Source: Podarcis muralis (Eukaryota). Taken from it: a DNA stretch of 64,000 nucleotides. The stretch is from positions 111,166,001-111,230,000 of the forward strand of contig NC_135657.1 of the NCBI RefSeq assembly GCF_964188315.1, given 5' to 3'. Positions 1-9,430 of this stretch are shown here, one piece after another (the stretch's first letter is position 1; every line of letters starts with the position of its first letter). A model generated the notes under the pieces. It saw only the letters and a list, made by a program, of their open reading frames with translations, did no database searches and had not been told where the DNA came from. The position numbers were made by a program, and so were the translations under genes.

Positions 1-168
1 ATTGCAAAAGTAGTTGCTCCGTACATGACCACAGAACATATATAACGTTGCAATCAAAATCTCAATGATGTACATTTCACTGATGTCAGTGGAGTATACA
101 CGGTGAAGACTTCATCCTATTTATTATTTGACCTTCATTTATTTGTTATTTGGCTTTCATTTTCTCAG

Positions 169-313
169 GCAAGAGGGGGACCTCGGAAGTACAGTGTGTC
201 TGGATGGTTACAAATTCAAGGGATCAAGAAATCAGATGAAGGTGTCTACATATGCCAAACAAAAAACAAATATGGGTTTGCCTATTCATCTGCAATGCTG
301 AAAGTTATTGATG
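169..313 (+). CDS. Penultimate coding exon of a Kazald-family (IGFBP-Kazal-Ig, KAZALD1 paralogue) gene; C-terminal half of the Ig domain
   Basis: Acceptor tttctcAG (167-168), donor GTaaat (314). Encodes ARGGPRKYSVSGWLQIQGIKKSDEGVYICQTKNKYGFAYSSAMLKVID, with the Ig DxGxYxC motif. Resembles KAZALD1 as recalled (RGGPQRFEVTGWLQIQAVRPSDEGTYRC). Confidence 0.85.
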
Positions 314-618
314 GTAAATTACTGTATTATTATTATTATTATTATTAGTCCTTTTTCCATGACAGGGGACTCAGGGTGGTTCACAGATAAAAGTAAGAAA
401 ACCTAAAAACATAGAAAAAAACAATAATTAAGAAAAAAATTAACATTGATAGAAATGTATATCTATTAATAATATAAACAGCACGGCACCAGCCCTTTTA
501 TTAAAAACAATCAGTTCCCAAAAAGTCTGCTGGCGGAAGGACATAAAAAGATCAAGCTTTCGGTGGTGGTTGCCTGATTCTGCTAATAGGAACCCAAATT
601 GTTCATTTCAAACCAGCA

Positions 619-972
619 CAGTGGTACCTTGCAAGACGAATGCCTCGCAAGACGGAAAACTCGCAAGACGAAAGGGTTTTTGGTTTTTTGAGTTGCTTCG
701 CAAGACGATTTTCCCTATGGGCTTGCTTCGCAAGACGGAAACATCTTGCAAGTTTGTTTCCTTTTTCTTAAAACCGTTAATACAGTTGCGACTTGACTTC
801 GAGGAGCAACTCATAGCACGCGGTGTGGTAGCCTTTTTTGAGGTTTTTGAAGACTTTGGTGATTTTTGAAGCTTTTCCAAAACTTTTCCGACACTGTGCT
901 TCGCAAGACGAAAAAATCGCAAGACGAAAAAACTCGCAGAACGAATTAATTTTGTCTTGCGAGGCACCACTG
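619..972. mobile_element. ~355-bp Tc1/mariner (Tigger/pogo-like) MITE, family A copy 1
   Basis: TIRs CAGTGGTACCT..GCAAGACGAA / TT..GTCTTGCGAGGCACCACTG with TA on the right. Near-identical to 8476-8830 and 27475-27829. Confidence 0.9.
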
Positions 973-1175
973 TATGTTTTAGATAGGGAATCTATGTTTC
1001 AGTGGACATAATGGCTTTTTTAAATCAGTGTTTCCCAGTCCTGCTACCTGAACTGAACCTGCCCAGGAATGAAACTGGGCCCTCCTGCAGGCAAAAGAGG
1101 GCCCTATCCACTAACTTATGGCCACTCCCCAATCACAAGCTTAATTGTTAACACTAAATGTCCCTTTTTCTGCAG

Positions 1176-1306
1176 ACTCATCATTAAATTTCCAGAATAT
1201 TCCTGGCAGCTGGAGCACAAGCGATGGCACAGATTACGGAGACGATTTTGATTCTGCTGAAGACGAGGAAGAGGCAGAATATGAATCTGGAGACTATGAA
1301 AAATGA
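1176..1306 (+). CDS. Terminal coding exon of the Kazald-family gene (acidic tail)
   Basis: Acceptor ctttttctgcAG (1174-1175), phase 1 matching the previous donor. Encodes DSSLNFQNIPGSWSTSDGTDYGDDFDSAEDEEEAEYESGDYEK, stop TGA at 1304-1306. KAZALD1 also ends in an acidic Tyr-containing tail. Confidence 0.8.
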
Positions 1307-1826
1307 AGCAAGTTTGGATTGTGTAAGGGGTTGTTACGTGCTGATGCTTTCAAGTTCATCCATTTTGCTTGTGTGATTTGCACTGTCCTGAAACCTCATA
1401 TTATCACAACAAAAATGTGTATCAAATTCTAGAAATTATCACAGTGCCTAGAAGTATACATACCATTTCAATCACACTATTCTAATTTTAAGCCTCCATT
1501 ATATTTATTATATTCAGAATCCTGCACACTGAGAAAAACCATAGTGGCAAAAGATATAAACGTTGCACTTATCAAGATCCCTCTACAATTCCTTGTGTGA
1601 GATATAGCTCTCTGTCATACAGCTGTAGGGCAGGAAAGTCACATGAGGACTTCACAGTCACAGTAAGTTGTTGAAGACCGATACCACCACGTGATTGCTG
1701 TCCAGAGTGCAACAAGAGTGGGACAAAAATAACCTGTTAAAAAGTTACAGGATTTCAGCAGGAAGTTACACTGATTGGAAGTGCAGTAGTGTGACCATCC
1801 CAAAACATTTTCACTGCCCTGATCAG

Positions 1827-2114
1827 TGGTAAAGGTAAAGGTAAAGGACCCCTGACCATTAGGTCCAGCCGTGACCAACTCTGGGGTTGCGGCGCTCATC
1901 TCTCTTTACTGGCCGAGGGAGCCGGCGTTCAGCTTCCGGGTCATGTGGCCAGCATGATTAAGCCGCTTCTGGCGAACCAGAGCAGCGCACAGAAACACCG
2001 TTTACCTTCCTGTCAGACCGGTACCTATTTATCTACTTGCACTTTGACATGCTTTTGAACTGCTAGGTTGGCAGGAGCAGGGACCGAGCAACGGGAGCTC
2101 ACCCCGTCACGGGG
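1827..2114 (-). mobile_element. Sauria SINE, 5'-truncated
   Basis: Reverse-complement (ACCTTT)n tail at 1827-1847; body matches the full-length copies in this window; tRNA-like head missing. Confidence 0.9.
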
Positions 2115-4404
2115 ATAGTTGCATATTATTTAGTCCCCATGCAAAAGGGAAGAAAACCCTTTCCAAACCCAGTGGTACCAGCTGATTCAGAATTGCTGCC
2201 ATTTTTATAAAGCAGTGACATGCTGCAGGAGTGAAAGGCAATACTCTTCAACCTTTTTTTTTCTGTTGGAGAAGCTGAAATATTCTGGGAATTCCCATTA
2301 TATGCTGAAGGCCTGTAAATTGGCATTGTTAAAACTAGAATACCACATCTTTGTGGCATGGAAGTTAATCAAGCAAAGTGGTCCCGTTGCAGGTGAATTT
2401 CACTATGGTTTCAACAAACAATTTTCCATGTCTGAAGCATTCGTGTTTCATCTATCACAGTATGGATTTATTTCAAGGTCAGCTTCACATAAATAATTCA
2501 ATCTAACATTTTAGGGTAATCTGCAGCACAAAACATTTGACAAACTACAGATTGCTTATTTGCAAATAAATGTATTTAAGTCTAAGGACAACAGTTAAAT
2601 ATTCATAAGCACATAATATATAAGGCAATACTGGTGATAAGTTCCTCTTTTTATACTCCATGGACACCTCAGATCCATTATAAGGGTAAACCTCCTTTGG
2701 AGGTGTTAAGTTTTAGCTCACAAGCCTTTTGAATGCTGGAAAGTAGGACCTGGTCATACTAAAGCTGGTGACAAAATATCACAATTAGCACAATTAAATC
2801 CTCCTTTTACTTCCAGACAACTCTGATTGTTCAGAGCCTATCAAGGAGCAAGAGAAATCACTAGTTTGCCAGCAGGTTGACTCAGGAATTTCACCCCTCC
2901 AGTTTATCTCAGAAGCTGGCTGCCCAACTCTAGTGCATTTTCCCCCTCCCTTTCTTTCAGGATTAAAAGAGCACATTTGCTTGCTTGTTTTGGCATTAGA
3001 ATGAAACATGCCCTTTGGAGGCCTAATTCTCACAGAAAGCACTAAAAAGAGGCAAGCGGTAAAACCATTCACAAACGCACTTTTTCCAGCAGTTTTGCAA
3101 GTCTCCTCTCAAGAAAGTTATCCATATTTCTATGTTCCCACCTGATTCTAAAACTGCAAGCAATATCTGGTGTGAGTCTCTTGGACAATTGTTGTTCAGT
3201 ACTTTCTGAGCAGCCCTCAGGCAGAGGCTCAAAGGTCTCAGTTTCAGCAAATCTCCGTCTCACTAACCATGTTCAGGCGATCTCAGGGAGATTGAATAGC
3301 CATTTGCATGGCTGCAGTTTCAGTCTGCCCCACAACCATGATCACTGATTGGAGATACAATAAATGAGCTGTGGTGGTTAAATCAGCGCCAGGGATTTTC
3401 AACTCCAGACTTCAGGTGGAAGAAAACTTTGGAGTGAATGTTCCTTCATGCCAAATAAATAAATAAAAATCAAATATATACATGGGGAGGGGGGCCCTGG
3501 CACAGAGACAACTAAATGTCAGGAAGAAGAATTCGAGTCTGGCTTCCTCCTAAGGAGTGGTTGTGCCAATTTGACAATTAATGTTCTAAGCCCACCAATA
3601 GTGAGTTGCAAGAAAGACAGTGCTTAATATTGACTCAAGACAGTGCTTAATATTGACTGTAGGGCACTGGGCCCATCAAAGACATCACAACAGCCCCCAA
3701 TATTGATTGTTTCATTTTAATTTAAGTGTGTCACTGGCAGGACATGTGTGTTGCATACAGAAAGTTGAAGTTTCCGTACCGACCACCCCAGCTAAGGCAC
3801 TAGGCTATCTCACACACATTCCATATTCTCCCAAACTGAGCCTTACTTAAGCCAGTGTGATGTTGCGGTTAGTCTAGGACCAGGAATCTGGAATTTTTCG
3901 GATACGCCTGTGCACATCGGCATGAATTTGAAATTCTGTCTGTGTTCGGCTACCCGGAGCTTAAATACATGACCTTCCACACAACCTTCCACACACGTAT
4001 TTGGAGAGGTTCCCTAACTTGGCAGAAAGAGAAAAGACCTGAAATACAGGACAAAACTGTTATCCACCTGCTTTCTACATTGAAATACGGGACAATCCTG
4101 TATTATACAGGACAAGTGACAACAGCGCCAGATTGAACCCTATGGAGGGCCCTTAGGGCCTAGGCAGTCGCAATCTCAGAGGGCCCTTCGCAAATTATCT
4201 CCTAATATGTTTTTGATTTTACCAGCCAAACCAAATCAATATTATTTTGACCCCCAAAAGGCCCGTAGACCGGCGCCAACTCTGCCTATTTGGCAACCCC
4301 CAACCCTAGCTCCCTGGGGTCCAGAGACCTTGTTATGAAAGTGCGCCTTTCGCACATGTATCATAGGGGTCAGGGCTGTATTTAGGTTTGATGTGGCCCT
4401 AAGC

Positions 4405-4656
4405 CAGGGGTAGGCAACTTAAGGCCCATGGGCCGAATGTGGCCCAATTGCCTTCTCAATCTGGCCTGCAGACGGTTCGGGAATCAGTGTGTTTTTACAT
4501 GAGTTGAATGTGTGCTTTTATTTAAAATGCATCTCTGGGTTATTTGTGGGGCGTAGGAATTTGTTCATTTTCCCCCCTTCAAAATATAGTCTGGCCCTCC
4601 ACATGGTCTGAGGGATGGTGGACCGGCCCATGACTGAAAAAGGTTGCTGACCCCTG
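4405..4656. mobile_element. hAT (Charlie-like) MITE
   Basis: Ends CAGGGGTAGGCAAC / GTTGCTGACCCCTG; perfect 8-bp TSD CCCTAAGC (4397-4404, 4657-4664). Confidence 0.9.
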
Positions 4657-4729
4657 CCCTAAGCTACTGAAGGTATATGTCCAGCTGTCCTTTGTCAACA
4701 ACAAATTGTCACTATTTTTTTCTGTTGAA

Positions 4730-4955
4730 TAGTGATACCTCGGGTTAAGTACTTATTTCGTTCTGGAGGTCCGTTCTTAACGTGAAAGTGTTCTTAACCT
4801 GAAGCACCACTTTAGCTAATGGGCCCTCCCGCTGCTGCCGCGCCGCCACCACATGATTTCTGTTCTCATCCTGAAGCAAAGTTCTTAACCTGAGGTAATA
4901 TTTCTGGGTTAGCGGAGTCCGTAACCTGAAGCATCTGTAACCTGAGGTACCACTG
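4730..4955. mobile_element. Tigger-like MITE, family B
   Basis: Degenerate left TIR TAGTGATACCTCGGGTTA; right TIR TAACCTGAGGTACCACTG followed by TA. Body shared with 54062-54265. Confidence 0.85.
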
Positions 4956-5019
4956 TATACGCTTATGTGGTAATTGATGGACCTAATAGGCATCTAAAGC
5001 CATTTGCACATAAGAAACA

Positions 5020-5191
5020 GGAGCCTACACAACACAAAACACTGTTGCTGTATGTAGGTTTTATTTTATTTCTTTTTTATCTTACATTTTGGAAATGTAC
5101 ATCCTTTTTTTCCCTCTTTACATTTTTGGGGGACCCCAAGAGAGTGGAGCCCTAAACTAGAACTTGTTGAGCTTATATGTAAATCCACACT
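5020..5191. mobile_element. Probable hAT-like MITE right-end remnant containing the left arm of the 57-bp inverted repeat
   Basis: Ends ...GTAAATCCACACTG, resembling the CAGTG-type termini of other hAT MITEs here. No left end or TSD found. Confidence 0.4.
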
Positions 5192-5284
5192 GATAGGGGT
5201 CAACTCCTAGGGGGGTCTCCCCCCCCAAAAAATATATATATATTTGAAGGGGCTGCCTCACCCCGCCCCCAGGTTGATGGACAC

Positions 5285-5909
5285 TGCCATTCAAATAGCG
5301 CGCGTGTGCCGTGACACGTGACCAACCCTGTGGGCGGGGCTCAACCTGCCCGCCTGTCATTCCGTTCAGGTCGGCGCCCTTGACACGCGTCGAGTTCAAA
5401 CGGGGCCAGATAAGGCGGCGGGGATTTAAAACACGCGCGGAAATACTTCAGAGGGCCGCGAGGGGCCTGGTTCCTCTCCTCCCTCCGCGGTGCTCCCCTC
5501 AACCCCTTCCCCGCCGCCGCCTCCTCTCGCTCCGCCTCCTCCCGCCGGGCCTGCCCTCTCCTCCTCCGGCCCGGGCTGCTCGCGGCGTCGCCCTCCCGCC
5601 CCGCTGGAAGATGGCGCTGAGCGGCCAGGTCAGTGGGCGCCCCGGGCGGCGGCGGCGACGTCGAACCCGGAGCCTGACCGTTGCGTGGCGGGGAGATGGC
5701 TCGTCCCCGTGGGGAGTGGGACGCGCGGGGGGGGGGGCGGGTAGGCCGCCGGCCGAGCGGGGCGGCAGCGCAGCCCCGGGGGGAAGGGGTGGGGGGCGGG
5801 CGGGAGAGGAAGGCTGCCCCACCGCCGCACGTCCGTTGGGGATGCGGCGAGGAAGAGACGCCTGGGGGGGGGGGGGCTGCGGGGATCGTGTGGGGCGGGG
5901 AAAAGTAAG

Positions 5910-5910
<1 letters not shown>
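5285..5910 (+). promoter_or_regulatory. RANBP17: CpG island / promoter and 5' UTR of RANBP17
   Basis: Very GC- and CpG-rich stretch around the ATG at 5611; E-box CACGTG (5315-5320); GC box GGGCGGGGC (5332-5340); no TATA box evident. Confidence 0.85.
5611..5628 (+). CDS. RANBP17: RANBP17 coding exon 1 (MALSGQ)
   Basis: gaagATGG Kozak context, donor GTcagt at 5629. Human N-terminus recalled as MALHFQ|SLAEL. Confidence 0.9.

Positions 5911-5911
<1 letters not shown>

Positions 5912-5946
<35 letters not shown>
5912..5946. repeat. (CA)n microsatellite
   Basis: About 17 uninterrupted AC units. Confidence 0.97.
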
Positions 5947-5947
<1 letters not shown>

Positions 5948-6095
5948 GAATATAGATAAGAAAAAAAGGATGTACATTTCCAAAATGTAAGATAAAAAAG
6001 AAATAAAATAAAACCTTTCAAGAATAGAGGGATGTCAACTATATCTATATCTAATCTATATATGGACATATATATGTATGTATCTGTGTATATAT

Positions 6096-6440
6096 GCACA
6101 CTTCTTCAGATACGTGTATCTGAAGAAGTGTGCATGCACACGAAAGCTCATACCAAGAACTAACTTAGTTGGTCTTTAAGGTGCTACTGGAAGGAATTTT
6201 TTTTGTTTTGACTATGGCAGACCAACACGGCTACCTATCTGTAACTGTGTATATATATAACTGTAGTTACAGGTAGGTAGCCGTCTTGGTCTGCTGTAGT
6301 TGAAACAGAGACCAACTAAGTTTGTTATTGGTTATGAGCTTTCGTGTGCATCTGAAGAAGTGCATGCACACGGAAGCTCACACCAATAACAAACTTAGTT
6401 GGTCTCTAAGGCACTACTGAAAGGATATTTTTTTGTTTTA
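6096..6440. mobile_element. Cluster of four Penelope-like element terminal fragments in alternating orientation (-,+,-,+)
   Basis: Motif CTGAAGAAGTG...CACGAAAGCTCATACC...TTAGTTGGTCT.TAAGG.GC(T)ACT...GGCTACC is typical of reptile Penelope pseudo-LTRs (from memory). Arms are mutually reverse-complementary. Confidence 0.7.
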
Positions 6441-6469
6441 TATATAATTGTGTGTGTCATGGAAAGTTA

Positions 6470-6950
6470 CATGTGCGTTTGTGTACAGCTATTTCTGTGT
6501 GCCATGAAAGACACAGGTGTGTGTATGTGTAATTATTTGTGTGTGTCTTGAAAGACACATGTGCATTTGTGTATAACTTACTGGTATGTGCCTTGAAAGA
6601 CACATGTGCATTTGTGTATAACTGTTTCTTTGTGCCATGTATGCATGTATTACTCTTTGTGTGTCTTGAAAGACACATGTGCGTGTGTGTATAACTTACT
6701 GGTGTGTGCCCTGAAAGACACATGTGCATTAGTGTATAATTCTTTGTGCCATGTATGCATGTATAACTCTTTGTGTGTGTCTTGGAAGACACATGTCAAC
6801 GTGTGTATAACTTACTGGTGTGTACCCTGAAAGACACATGTGCGTTTGTGTATAACTATTTGTGCCTTGAAAGGCACACACATGTATGCATGTATAACTA
6901 TTTGTTTGTGTCATGAAAGATACAAATGTGTATGTATGCATGCATGCAGA
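6470..6950. repeat. TG-rich minisatellite, ~45-bp monomer with a ~117-bp higher-order period
   Basis: GAAAGACACA-like cores at 6506, 6550, 6595, 6668, 6713, 6784, 6829, 6869, 6915. Confidence 0.85.
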
Positions 6951-8475
6951 GAGCATGTGGCACCAAACTTGCAAAGTTATGCTATCTTCTTTATGCAGAT
7001 CAAATTTAATGTAAGTTCACCCCCACCTTTTTAATATATTCTATTTCAAGCACCAAACAAAACATTTATTTCTCAAAACTGTGAATTTGAATTACACATA
7101 ACACCAATGTATTTTAATTACATAAGAACAATTGTTGCCTTCATGGACAAATGTCCTTGTTTGACACTCCTAGATATTTGTTTGGTTTGGCCTTTCTTTT
7201 CTCTGTTTCTGATACTCTGTTACAGCTATTTTTCTTGTTTTATATCCATTGGAAAAAAATAAACAAACTCCCACCAGATTATCTCTTACAACTGTAAGTC
7301 ATGTCTGGAATCTATTCACCACACATTGGGATTATCTGTTTAAAGCATTAAAGCCAAGTTTGACATGTTTGACATCAGTTTTTAACCTTTAAATCTCTAA
7401 AAAGTCTGGGTCTGGGATATTTTAGGGAATGTATTTTCCTGCATTATCTCACCCCTGAGAAGTGAGATAAGTGATTGTGAATTCCATTGTCAAGGGTGGC
7501 TTGATTGGCATCTACTGGTGGTGACTCCTTTTCTATAGAAAAGGGAAGTTTGCCTGATCTCCATGCTTGACTCTTGGACAAAGCAAGAGGGAAGTGGGTG
7601 AATCCTCAGTGAAATAATAGCCCAATCCAGAGCCCTGACAGTTTTTGGGAAGTGTGTATGTGTTGGGTGGTGGTATGCCTGCCCTAGACTCCTCCCCTTG
7701 TTGGGGGAATGGGTAGGCTCTAGATCCTGTTGATATGAAGCTTCTCTCAATGTGTCACCATGAAGTGTAAAGTCTGAAATATCAGCTGCCCATAGAAGAG
7801 CAGTTAATGCTCAATCTGCTGGAGCTTTTAAACTCCGGTTGTATACTTCTGATATTATCTCCTGGCTGGCTTTAGTTATTTGATTAGTATTATTTTTATT
7901 GAATCTGTTGTTTGAATTTTGCGCCTATGCTACCTTGGAATGAAAGGTGGCTTACAAATACTTGTGATGATTTCTTTCTGTCCATTAGAGGTACGAGGTA
8001 CATAACACTACTTGAAGTTTGTATTTGCATCATGACTGCACTCATGCAAACAATGAGGGGACATATTGGGGCCTCTAGTTGGTGCACATCTGAGTTTGCG
8101 GAAGGTAGAGAAAAAGTTGGTGAAACACTCTTTTGGCTGGTGACCAAGAATACCCTATTCCAGTCCTTTCCTTTTGGGAACAGAAAAGAAAAATATTTGA
8201 TATCTATTGGGTAAAAATTCAATTGTTTATTTCAGTTTTAGGACATATTTACATATTCAACAAAATTTACTCTCTTCTGGCTAAGACAAGGGTAGACAAG
8301 CTGTTGCCCTTCAGATGTTGTTGGCTTACAATGGCTATTATCTGTGATCATGAATGGGGTTTATGGGAACTGGAATCTAGTAACATCTGGAGGACCATAT
8401 CTTTCTCATCCCTGCCCTAAGAACATAAAATGGACATGCTGGACCAGAACATGAGCCAGTCTAGCTAGCCAGGTA

Positions 8476-8830
8476 CAGTGGTACCTCGCAAGACGAATGC
8501 CTCGCAAGACAAAAAACTCGCTAGACGAAAGGGTTTTTTGTTTTTTGAGCTGCTTCGCAAGACGATTTTCCCTATGGGCTTGCTTCGCAAGACGGAAACG
8601 TCTTGCAAGTTTGTTTCCTTTTTCTTAACACCGTTAATACAGTTGCGACTTGACTTCGAGGAGCAACTCATAGAACGCGGTGTGGTAGCCTTTTTTGAGG
8701 TTTTTAAAGACTTTGGTGATTTTTGAAGCTTTTCCAAAACTTTCCCGACACCGTGCTTCGCAAGACAAAAAAAATCGCAAGATGACAAAACTCGCGGAAC
8801 GAATTAATTTCGTCTTGCGAGGCACCACTG
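8476..8830. mobile_element. MITE family A copy 2
   Basis: TA-CAGTGGTACCTCGCAAGACGAA ... TTCGTCTTGCGAGGCACCACTG-TA. Confidence 0.92.
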
Positions 8831-9194
8831 TACCCCTTAAACCTTACAAGTAGGTAAGAAGGTGAAGGTATCATTCCTTTCAGCATGGAGGTTCTGTTTA
8901 GCTATCATGGCCAATAGATGCTAATAGACATCCCAGAAGGAGACGTCTAACTCCCTGTGAAAACAATATGTTGTTAGGGTAGAGAAGGGGTAGTGTTAAG
9001 CACTTTGTATTTTTATGTACTTTGATAATCATCTAATAATTGTCCTTCACATGAAGTTGCTATTACTAGGGTAATGACTGTACCTTGACATGCACTCTGC
9101 TTACAAAGGGCAATTATAGATATTCAGCATAATCTTTCACTAAGAGCAGATCAACAAACATTTCACTTTGTTTGAAATCTGTTTAACCAGATTA

Positions 9195-9430
9195 CAGTGG
9201 TACCTTGGTTTAAGAACAGCTTAGTTTATGAACAACTTGGATTAAGAAAGCTGCAAACCCGAAAGGAGGTGTTTTGGTTTGTGAACTTTGCCTTGGAATA
9301 AGAACATGTTTTGCTTCCTGTTGAGTGTGTTCCATTTGTAAATTGAGTCCCCTGCTGCTGTGGGAAAGCATGCCTTGGTTTAAGAACAGACTTCTGGAGT
9401 GGATTAAGTTCATAAACCAAGATACCATTG
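9195..9430. mobile_element. Tigger-like MITE, family C
   Basis: TA-CAGTGGTACCTTGGTTTA ... TAAACCAAGATACCATTG-TA; body shared with 34677-34930. Confidence 0.88.

Noticed and set aside
570-970. 99-120 aa ORFs on both strands, recurring at 8465-8828 and 27477-27806
   Set aside because: They coincide with MITE family A copies, have no splice context and no transposase motifs; they are repeat by-products.
3023-3263. Overlapping minus-strand ORFs between the Kazald gene and RANBP17
   Set aside because: No recognisable domain or splice context; possibly a decayed retroelement but not classifiable.
3614-3658. Tandem 22-23-bp duplication AAGACAGTGCTTAATATTGACT
   Set aside because: An ordinary slippage duplication (similar small ones at ~11837 and ~61738) with no functional signal.
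5056-6016. Idea that the 57-bp arms are TIRs of a transposon that captured the promoter
   Set aside because: No TSD outside the arms, no transposon-like termini, and the left arm is internal to a longer repeat remnant.
5311-6099. Long Pro/Arg/Gly-rich ORFs (up to 252 aa) on both strands
   Set aside because: Stop codons are scarce in the GC-rich CpG island and (CA)n run; only 5611-5628 fits the RANBP17 splice chain.
7488-7640. TGTCAAGGG...GCCCTGACA-bounded segment
   Set aside because: Short, no TSD, no poly(A) signal; insufficient evidence for an LTR or MITE.
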